DNA of 61,890 nt, the filler included. It is 6 parts of 6 records of this genome, joined end to end, with 100 filler letters (N's around TTAATTAATTAA, not from the genome) between each part and the next. Parts side by side here need not be neighbours in the genome. Positions count along the whole stretch, not along the records: positions 55,078 to 61,890 come from SRR16203515_14852; 5 more parts are not named here. The stretch is one strand, 5' to 3'. Position 1 is the first letter of the stretch, and each line of letters begins with the position of its first letter. The notes below the pieces were generated by a model. It did no database searches and was not told the DNA's origin. It saw only the letters and a program-made list of their open reading frames with translations. Shown here in pieces: positions 55,079-61,890 of this stretch. The translations under genes and the position numbers were made by a program.

Positions 55079-56623
55079 ATTTCTGCAGAAATTCTTAAAA
55101 AAATGAAAAAAACTGCCGAAGATTATCTTGGTGAAAAAGTAACAGGTGCAGTAATTACAGTTCCTGCTTATTTTAACGATGCTCAACGTCAAGCAACAAA
55201 AGATGCAGGTCGAATTGCAGGTCTTGATGTAAAACGTATTATCAATGAACCAACAGCAGCAGCATTGGCTTATGGTATGGATAAGCAAGAAGAAGAGCAA
55301 ACTGTTGTTGTTTATGACCTTGGTGGTGGTACATTTGATGTTTCTATCATTGAAATTAATAACTTTGAAGGTGAAAAATCTATTGAAGTTCTTTCAACAA
55401 ATGGTGATACACACCTTGGCGGTGAAGATTTTGATAGCTGCATCATTAACTACATTGTAGAAGAGTTTAAAAATGAACAAAACATCGATCTTAAACAAGA
55501 TCCTCTTGCAATGCAACGTGTAAAAGAAGCAGGTGAAAAAGCGAAAATTGAACTTTCTTCTGCGAAACAAACAGATGTAAGTCTTCCTTATGTTACAGCA
55601 GATGCTACTGGACCTAAGCACCTTAACGTAAAAATTACTCGTGCAAAACTTGAATCTCTTGTTGAAGAACTTGTTGATCGTAGCTTTATTGCAATGAAAA
55701 ATGCAATGGAAGATGCAAGTATCGGTATTGATGATATTACTGATGTAATTCTTGTTGGTGGTATGACTCGTATGCCATTGGTACAAGAAAAAGTAACAGC
55801 ATTCTTTGGCAAAGAAGCACGTAAAGATGTAAACCCTGATGAAGCAGTAGCACAAGGTGCAGCAATTCAAGGTGGTGTACTTTCTGGTGATGTTGATGAT
55901 GTTCTTCTTCTTGATGTAACGCCTCTATCCTTTGGTATTGAAGTTGCAGGTGGTGTAATGGCTAAACTAATTGAAAAGAACTCAACTATTCCAACAGAAG
56001 GTAATGAAGTGTTCTCAACAGCAGTTGATAATCAACAAGCAGTAACAATTCATGTTCTACAAGGTGATCGTGACCAAGCTAAGTTTAACAAATCTCTTGG
56101 TGAGTTTAATCTTGAAGGCATTCGTCCTGCACTTCGTGGTCAACCACAAATTGAAGTTAAATTTTCTCTTGATGCTGACGGTATCCTGACTGTATCAGCA
56201 GAAGATAAAGATACAGGTAAGAAGCAAGATATTACTATTCAAGCAAATGGTGGTATGTCAGAAGAAGAAATTGCAGAAGCAATCAAGGATGCAGAAGCAA
56301 ATGCTGAAACTGATAAGCTTTTTGCTCAAAAAGTTGAAATGAGCAATCGTTCAGAAGTTCTAATTAATTCTGTTCGTAAAGAAATGGGTGAAGCAAAAGA
56401 TGATGCTGTTGAAGCTAAAATTGTTGAACTTCAAGAAGCTATGAAAGCAGAAGATACATCAATGATGGAACAAGTTCAAAAAGACCTTACTGGTACGTTC
56501 CAAACTTGGTTGCAAGCAAATCAACAAGCTGAAAATCAATCAGAACAAGCTCAACCAGAGTCAGCAGAGCCAGAAGCGTCAAAAGATGATATTGTAGATG
56601 CTGATTTTGAAGAAGTAAAATAA
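55079..56623 (+). CDS. dnaK: Hsp70 chaperone DnaK, 5'-truncated by contig edge
   Basis: [42 protein letters not shown] linker, ends DADFEEVK. Confidence 0.97.
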   Translation: MSAEILKKMKKTAEDYLGEKVTGAVITVPAYFNDAQRQATKDAGRIAGLDVKRIINEPTAAALAYGMDKQEEEQTVVVYDLGGGTFDVSIIEINNFEGEKSIEVLSTNGDTHLGGEDFDSCIINYIVEEFKNEQNIDLKQDPLAMQRVKEAGEKAKIELSSAKQTDVSLPYVTADATGPKHLNVKITRAKLESLVEELVDRSFIAMKNAMEDASIGIDDITDVILVGGMTRMPLVQEKVTAFFGKEARKDVNPDEAVAQGAAIQGGVLSGDVDDVLLLDVTPLSFGIEVAGGVMAKLIEKNSTIPTEGNEVFSTAVDNQQAVTIHVLQGDRDQAKFNKSLGEFNLEGIRPALRGQPQIEVKFSLDADGILTVSAEDKDTGKKQDITIQANGGMSEEEIAEAIKDAEANAETDKLFAQKVEMSNRSEVLINSVRKEMGEAKDDAVEAKIVELQEAMKAEDTSMMEQVQKDLTGTFQTWLQANQQAENQSEQAQPESAEPEASKDDIVDADFEEVK

Positions 56624-56641
56624 GAATCAACTAAAATAACG

Positions 56642-56676
56642 AAAATAAAGCCTCTTTTGAGGCTTTATTTTTTTTT
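56642..56676 (+). terminator. Intrinsic terminator after dnaK
   Basis: AAAATAAAGCCTC-TTTT-GAGGCTTTATTTT plus T-run. Confidence 0.88.
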
Positions 56677-56829
56677 GTAAATAATGTATAATAATAAAAA
56701 AAAGAGGCAAATCTTGCCTCTATCAAAAACGAAAAAATAAAAACTTATCATCCTTAATGAGTGTGTATAATTAAGAGGTGAAAAATCAGAAAAAAGTTTC
56801 AAAATTAAACAAAAAATATAGGAATTTTT

Positions 56830-57423
56830 ATGAGAAATAAATTTGCAATATTATTATCTATAATAACATTATCAGGTTGTTCAACAATAAAAGATGTACA
56901 GTATTCAATGTTAGAGGATAAAACAGAATATAAAGAATCTAAATTAGATTCAAATTTAACAGGTAATATGACAAGTTATTCTTATCTTGAATATTTAAGT
57001 TCTGATGATGGTCATTTTATAACTCATGAATATGGCTGTATAGTATATGAAGATAAACATCGGGTTTCTACATTTTCTTATTACATGGGATTAGCAAAAG
57101 ATTTCGAAGATATTTATTTTAATTCGACTCCTGTATATATAAAAAGTTCAGATTTTTTAGAAATGAAAATTGAAGGAATTAAATTTATAAATATTTTGTC
57201 AGGACTTGATATTTCATCTACGAAAAAAACGTTGAAAAATCTTGAAAAACTATCATTATCAGAAAAATATATAATATCTATTCCAGAATTAAATAAAACA
57301 TTTAAAAGTAAAGAAAGAAATGTAGAAAAAGCTTTGAAAGTAACAAATAAATGTTTCAAAAATTATTATATAGAAATGGAAAAGTCTAAATTAAAAGAAA
57401 AAAATAAAATGCAATTAATTTAA
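56830..57423 (+). CDS. Hypothetical lipoprotein
   Basis: MRNKFAILLSIITLSGC lipobox. Confidence 0.75.
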   Translation: MRNKFAILLSIITLSGCSTIKDVQYSMLEDKTEYKESKLDSNLTGNMTSYSYLEYLSSDDGHFITHEYGCIVYEDKHRVSTFSYYMGLAKDFEDIYFNSTPVYIKSSDFLEMKIEGIKFINILSGLDISSTKKTLKNLEKLSLSEKYIISIPELNKTFKSKERNVEKALKVTNKCFKNYYIEMEKSKLKEKNKMQLI

Positions 57424-57440
57424 AATAAAAAGGTATTAAA

Positions 57441-58430
57441 ATGAAAACAATTTTAGTAACAGGTGCGGCAGGTTTTATTGGAAGTCATGTAGTAAAAGCT
57501 TTAACCGAAAAAAATAAAGTTGTCGGGATCGATAATTTAAATGATTACTATGATGTAAATTTAAAAAAAGATAGATTAAAAATGATCGAACATGAAAATT
57601 TTAAATTTATAAAGCTTGATATATCTGATCAATCTGGATTATCTGAATTATTTGAAAATGAGTTGTTTGATCAAGTTATTCATTTAGCTGCACAAGCAGG
57701 AGTTAGATATTCAATTGAAAATCCAATGGCTTATGTTCAATCAAATATAGTCGGTATGACAAATATATTAGAATGTTGTAGGATTAACAAGGTAGATCAT
57801 TTAGTTTATGCCTCATCAAGTTCAGTTTATGGATTGAATGAAGAAGTTCCATTTAAAGAAAATCAAAAAACCGATTCACCTGCATCTTTTTATGGCGCAA
57901 CAAAAAAATCCAACGAAAATATGGCTCATTCATATGCTCACCTTCATAAAATGAATATAACAGGATTAAGATTTTTTACAGTTTATGGTGAATGGGGTAG
58001 ACCAGATATGGCTCCGTTTTTATTTACCAAAGCAATAACAGAAAAAAAAGAAATTAAAGTATTTAATTATGGTGAAATGGAAAGAGATTTTACTTATGTT
58101 GGAGATATTGTTGAAGGTATATTAAAAATAAAAGAAGTATTGCCAGAATCAATAAATAATAATAAAAATAAAACAAAATATCATGAAGTTTATAATATAG
58201 GTAATAATAAACCAGAAAAACTTAATGATTTTATTAAATGTATTGAATTGAATTTAGAAGCAAATGCAATTAAAAAATTATTACCGATGCAAAAGGGAGA
58301 TGTTTTAAAAACTTATGCATCAATTGATAAGATTAATAAAGCTTGTGGGTATAAACCAAAAGTATCCATAGATGAAGGGATTAAAAAGTTTATATTTTGG
58401 TATAAGAATTATTATAAAATAAATATTTAA
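57441..58430 (+). CDS. NAD-dependent nucleotide-sugar epimerase (UDP-glucuronate 4-epimerase-like)
   Basis: TGAAGFIG, HLAAQAGVRYS, YASSSSVYG, YGATKK, LRFFTVYGEWGRPDMA. Confidence 0.92.
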   Translation: MKTILVTGAAGFIGSHVVKALTEKNKVVGIDNLNDYYDVNLKKDRLKMIEHENFKFIKLDISDQSGLSELFENELFDQVIHLAAQAGVRYSIENPMAYVQSNIVGMTNILECCRINKVDHLVYASSSSVYGLNEEVPFKENQKTDSPASFYGATKKSNENMAHSYAHLHKMNITGLRFFTVYGEWGRPDMAPFLFTKAITEKKEIKVFNYGEMERDFTYVGDIVEGILKIKEVLPESINNNKNKTKYHEVYNIGNNKPEKLNDFIKCIELNLEANAIKKLLPMQKGDVLKTYASIDKINKACGYKPKVSIDEGIKKFIFWYKNYYKINI

Positions 58431-58433
58431 AAT

Positions 58434-58463
58434 AAAAAGCCGTAGAAATGACTACGGCTTTTT
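58434..58463. terminator. Intrinsic terminator after epimerase
   Basis: AAAAAGCCGTAG-AAATGA-CTACGGCTTTTT. Confidence 0.85.
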
Positions 58464-58482
58464 TATTTAATTTATTGTAAAT

Positions 58483-58510
58483 AAAAAAGCTTCCAATAGG
58501 AAGCTTTTTT
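58483..58510. terminator. Intrinsic terminator after exonuclease
   Basis: AAAAAAGCTTCC-AATA-GGAAGCTTTTTT. Confidence 0.85.
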
Positions 58511-59067
58511 TAATTATTCAAAATAGGTTTGATTTTATCAATCATTTTTTTAAATATTTGAGTAGTATTAATAGCATCATCTAATCCAGTATGTGCTTTA
58601 CCTTCTGCTTCAACTTCATAAAAGTCCATAGCTTCTTGTAATGAATATTTTTTAGATGTTTGGTTTAACATGGAGTGCATCATACTTAAATCCATATATT
58701 GACCAGATAATGGAAAATCAATATTTTTCAATTCACATTCCATCTCAAATTGTTTCCAATCAGAACCCCAAGCAATAATTGTTTTATTTCGAGTTCCCAA
58801 ATTTTTTAAACGATTACAAGCTTGTTTGAATTTTATTCCATTAGTTTTTAAAAATGGGAAATCATAACCAGTAAGTTGAGTGCAATATTCAGAAATTTTG
58901 TTAATTTGAGGTTTAATAAAAATTTGCTCTTTATGAGTTACTTCACCCTTTGTATTAACTTTAACTAATCCAATTTCTATAATTTCAGGCTTATAACCTT
59001 TTTCTCTCTTCTCTTCACAAGTCATTTCTAAATCAATAATGAAGTATTCTTTATTATTTCGGCTCAT
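58510..59067 (-). CDS. DEDDh 3'-5' exonuclease (KapD/ERI-1-like)
   Basis: IIDLEMTC, EIIEIG, CTQLTG, AWGSD, AHTGLDDA; start placed at MSRNNK. Confidence 0.85.
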   Translation of the reverse strand: MSRNNKEYFIIDLEMTCEEKREKGYKPEIIEIGLVKVNTKGEVTHKEQIFIKPQINKISEYCTQLTGYDFPFLKTNGIKFKQACNRLKNLGTRNKTIIAWGSDWKQFEMECELKNIDFPLSGQYMDLSMMHSMLNQTSKKYSLQEAMDFYEVEAEGKAHTGLDDAINTTQIFKKMIDKIKPILNN

Positions 59068-59068
59068 A

Positions 59069-59641
59069 TTACCATCCACTTATAATCATTAAGTCTTTAT
59101 CCCAATCAAATGTATTGTAAATAAAAACTAAATTAAAGATTTGATATTCAATAGATTCATCAGTAGCAATTGCACCATCCATATCTTTATTCTTTTTAAT
59201 AATCTCATTGTCTAATCGATAAGGTCTAAATTTTCGACCTTGTATTTCAAGAGACCAACGTTCTTTTTTTTGTATTAAATTAAACAACTCAATTTGATGT
59301 TCACCTGATTCTAATAATTGAATTTTACGCTCAAACATTTCAATGATTTCATCGTTGTACTTTTCAATGATATCTAAAAGACCATTTTTATGTATGATAT
59401 AGAAATCATGTCCATTATCTTTTGGACTATATTTATTGAAAAAAGGTGTTGTAAAACTTTTGAAAAACTCTTTATCTATGCCAGTTTGAAGAATTAATAA
59501 ATCTCTCTGTTCTGGCAAAGATGTTATACTTTCATAATCATATTCTAATTGACAAAGTTTATGTAACTGTTTTCTATTTGCATTTTTATATTTATCAAAA
59601 GATTCTTTTGGAAATCTTGATAATCGAATTCTATAACCCAT
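59069..59641 (-). CDS. Hypothetical protein
   Basis: 190-aa ORF with AAGGTG RBS and its own promoter motif. Confidence 0.75.
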   Translation of the reverse strand: MGYRIRLSRFPKESFDKYKNANRKQLHKLCQLEYDYESITSLPEQRDLLILQTGIDKEFFKSFTTPFFNKYSPKDNGHDFYIIHKNGLLDIIEKYNDEIIEMFERKIQLLESGEHQIELFNLIQKKERWSLEIQGRKFRPYRLDNEIIKKNKDMDGAIATDESIEYQIFNLVFIYNTFDWDKDLMIISGW

Positions 59642-59663
59642 AATTTCACCTTTATTTTTAATT

Positions 59664-59692
59664 ATTATATCATAAAAATAAAATAAAATCGA
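59664..59692 (-). promoter_or_regulatory. Extended -10 sigma70 promoter
   Basis: TCGATT-17bp(ending TGA)-TATAAT. Confidence 0.65.
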
Positions 59693-59706
59693 TTAATATT
59701 TTTAAA

Positions 59707-60309
59707 TTAATAGACTAAAAATGGGAGAATTTGTTCATTATCTTTTTCAATTGAAAAAGATTCAATATTAGATTCAACTCTATGGTTGTTTTTACAAAAA
59801 AATTGTTGGATATTATAAAAATCTTCGGTTTCTTTGAAAAATATTAAAATTTGATTATTCAATGCTACATTACGACATTTTATATTTTCGCTTTTTATTT
59901 TCTCTTGAAATGCTTTAATAAATCCACTTTCTAATAATTCTTTTGAAGTTTCAGAATTTAATTTAAAGAATTTATCATAAAAATAATTTGGATTAGTTTT
60001 ATGTATTATTTTTAATTGTGAATTTTCACAACAAAATTTTAATTTTAAATCTCTAAGCTCTTTTGATTTATTGTAGAAAAAATCTTCCAACTCTTCAACA
60101 GTTTTATTTGCTTCATTAAAAATATCTATATTATAGCTTAAATCAATTTCTTTTAGCTGTTCTGTATCTACTTCAATACACTTTACATTATTCCCTAATG
60201 CTATTGCACCTAATAAAGTTTTACTAATTGCTTCTAACTGTAATTTAACATGTTCAATTTTGATTTGATAATCTACAGCTTTTTTTGCAACACTTTTATA
60301 ATTGTCCAT
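59707..60309 (-). CDS. Hypothetical protein
   Basis: 200-aa ORF with GGAG RBS in very AT-rich DNA. Confidence 0.7.
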   Translation of the reverse strand: MDNYKSVAKKAVDYQIKIEHVKLQLEAISKTLLGAIALGNNVKCIEVDTEQLKEIDLSYNIDIFNEANKTVEELEDFFYNKSKELRDLKLKFCCENSQLKIIHKTNPNYFYDKFFKLNSETSKELLESGFIKAFQEKIKSENIKCRNVALNNQILIFFKETEDFYNIQQFFCKNNHRVESNIESFSIEKDNEQILPFLVY

Positions 60310-60334
60310 AATAACTCCATCTATTTTTTAAAAG

Positions 60335-60362
60335 AGTATATCATCGAGATAATTAAAATCAA
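60335..60362 (-). promoter_or_regulatory. Extended -10 sigma70 promoter
   Basis: TTGATT-16bp(ending TGA)-TATACT. Confidence 0.6.
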
Positions 60363-60390
60363 TAATATATAAAAGAAAAAATATTCAATA

Positions 60391-60418
60391 TTGAATTACA
60401 AAATTTATATGATACGAT
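60391..60418 (+). promoter_or_regulatory. Extended -10 sigma70 promoter
   Basis: TTGAAT-16bp(ending TGA)-TACGAT. Confidence 0.5.
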
Positions 60419-60448
60419 AAAATCATCATAATTGAAAAGGATAAAAAA

Positions 60449-61195
60449 ATGAGTTTTAAAAGCACATTAAAAACAATAAAAGACAACAAGGGCTTTTTAA
60501 GTTTATTAGTAGGGATTATAGCAGTAAAATCGTCAATAATTGATTGGAATTATGTACCAACAGGTTCAATGAGACCTACTTTGGCTGATGGTGATCAAAT
60601 TATAATAAATAAACTTGCATATGACTTAACAATTCCATTAACCTATATTTCATTACATAAATTTGGAGATCCAGTTGTAGGAGATATTGTAGTATTTGAT
60701 ACAGCTAAACAAGATGTAAGAATGGTTAAGAGAGTTGTTGCAGTGCCAGGTGATAAAATTAAAATGAGAGCTAATAAAGTTTATATTAATGATGAAGTTG
60801 TCGGTTATAAAGATGAATATAATTCTGAATTCTTAGATTCTACATTTAAGGCTTTGGATGAAGAAGATAAAAAAGACTATAAAAAATCAGGTGAAGATTT
60901 AGAAGACTTTAAAGTTGAATATAAAACTGAAATCATCAATGGTATATCTCATGGTATCAGAATAGAAACAGGTAAGCATTTACAAATAGGAACTTTAAAT
61001 TTCCAAGAAAGAGTTTTGAAAGAAAATGAATACTTTATGGTTGGTGATAATAGAAATAACAGTTTTGATTCAAGGTTTTGGGGTTTTGTTGAAAGGGATG
61101 AAATTATTGGTAAAGTAAACCATGTTGTCTTTTCATTAGATCAAGACCATTGGTTAAAACCAAGAATAAATAGATTTTTTGCAGATGTAGAATAA
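60449..61195 (+). CDS. lepB: Signal peptidase I (S26)
   Basis: VPTGSMRPTL (catalytic Ser), MVKRVVAVPGD (catalytic Lys), GDNRNNSFDSRFWG. Confidence 0.92.
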   Translation: MSFKSTLKTIKDNKGFLSLLVGIIAVKSSIIDWNYVPTGSMRPTLADGDQIIINKLAYDLTIPLTYISLHKFGDPVVGDIVVFDTAKQDVRMVKRVVAVPGDKIKMRANKVYINDEVVGYKDEYNSEFLDSTFKALDEEDKKDYKKSGEDLEDFKVEYKTEIINGISHGIRIETGKHLQIGTLNFQERVLKENEYFMVGDNRNNSFDSRFWGFVERDEIIGKVNHVVFSLDQDHWLKPRINRFFADVE

Positions 61196-61212
61196 ATACC
61201 TTAAATTTATAT

Positions 61213-61240
61213 AAAGAGATTCCATCAGGAATCTCTTTTT
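61213..61240. terminator. Bidirectional terminator
   Basis: AAAGAGATTCC-ATCA-GGAATCTCTTTTT. Confidence 0.8.
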
Positions 61241-61653
61241 TAATAATCTTTATGTTCTTGTAAAGTCTCTTTATTAACCCACTCTTTAGCTTGCTCTATT
61301 TTATTAAAAGAAAATCTTTTAAACTTACAAAGCAAAGGAATTGCTAAAAAAAATCCAGTTATAGCGAAAAAAGAACCTAACAATCCTTGCCACCCATTTA
61401 ATAAATTATGAGTAATTAAACAACATTTATCAAACCTCTTTAAGTTTAATAAATAGAATTTTAATATTTTCAAAAAACCTTTGAAATCAATTCCTTCAAA
61501 ATTGTCTATAATCTTTACAATTTTTATAGTATCCCAATCATCTAATAAACGTTTAAGGTGCATTAAATAGAAATCAATATTTTCTTTTTCAATAAATCCT
61601 TCAACTGTTACAATTAATACTTTATTTTGACTATCTTCTTCAAATTTCAACAT
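61240..61653 (-). CDS. SpoIIAA-like (STAS/SEC14) protein
   Basis: VLIVTVEGFI...NFEGID...RFDKCCLI...IEQAKEWV pattern. Confidence 0.65.
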   Translation of the reverse strand: MLKFEEDSQNKVLIVTVEGFIEKENIDFYLMHLKRLLDDWDTIKIVKIIDNFEGIDFKGFLKILKFYLLNLKRFDKCCLITHNLLNGWQGLLGSFFAITGFFLAIPLLCKFKRFSFNKIEQAKEWVNKETLQEHKDY

Positions 61654-61740
61654 ATAACCTCTTTATAATAAATTTAAGATATTAAATAATTTAATGATTT
61701 TTTTTATTTTTTAAATTAATGTTATTATTATTATTTGTTC

Positions 61741-61769
61741 ATTATATCACCAATAAAAAAATAAATAAA
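61741..61769 (-). promoter_or_regulatory. Extended -10 sigma70 promoter
   Basis: TTTATT-17bp(ending TGA)-TATAAT. Confidence 0.5.
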
Positions 61770-61862
61770 GTTGTATATAAATTTTTTTAACAATACTTTA
61801 ATATAAGACCTTAAAAATAGAAAAAACTTTTATTTTTTTACATTGATTAAAAAAAGATTAAA

Positions 61863-61890
61863 AAAAAAGACTCAATAAAGAGTCTTTTTT
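61863..61890. terminator. Terminator hairpin at window end
   Basis: AAAAAAGACTC-AATAAA-GAGTCTTTTTT. Confidence 0.8.

Noticed and set aside
54461-55103. Functional link between the TonB receptor/LytTR module and dnaK
   Set aside because: Separated by an artificial linker and differing in base composition
55022-55870. Long minus-strand ORFs opposite dnaK
   Set aside because: Antisense ORFs are a well-known by-product of dnaK codon bias; the translations are Cys/Phe-rich and not protein-like
56675-58484. TTGTAAATAA found between both tandem hairpin pairs
   Set aside because: The same 10-mer also occurs inside a coding region near 59115; expected by chance at this AT content

Overview
This window is not one contiguous locus. 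It is six contigs joined by five artificial 100-bp linkers (44 N + TTAATTAATTAA + 44 N), so gene adjacency across linkers means nothing. Contig 1 (1-14196) and contig 2 (14297-35158) are Alteromonadales-like housekeeping DNA. Contig 1 carries LPS core genes, coaD, mutM, rpmBG, radC, coaBC and slmA, with a ~7 kb cell-surface block (TagF-TagD-TagF-like genes plus a gfc/yjbEFGH operon) between rpmB and radC. Contig 2 carries a tRNA fragment, purEK, nhaA, rho-trxA-rhlB-gppA, hemB, tatABCD and ilvIH; ilvI has an internal stop. Contig 3 (35259-41720) is a flagellin array (3 copies) followed by flaG-fliD-fliS and a Maf-type gene; it has sigma54 and sigma28 promoter motifs and a structured spacer that may encode an sRNA. 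Contig 4 (41821-47609) holds a type I restriction subunit hsdR with an internal stop, ending at what looks like a tmRNA-type attR island boundary. Contig 5 (47710-54977) encodes an ABC ATPase and a permease-M1 peptidase fusion divergent from a LytS/LytTR two-component pair. Contig 6 (55078-61890) is the most unusual. It is very AT-rich and has a divergent beta/gamma-proteobacterial-type dnaK with no dnaJ after it, unrelated stand-alone genes (epimerase, DEDDh exonuclease, signal peptidase I, SpoIIAA-like, orphans), a recurring TGA-TAnnnT promoter motif and dense terminators. It may come from a jumbo phage or giant extrachromosomal element. All calls come from reading the sequence and recalled family motifs; no database searches were run.
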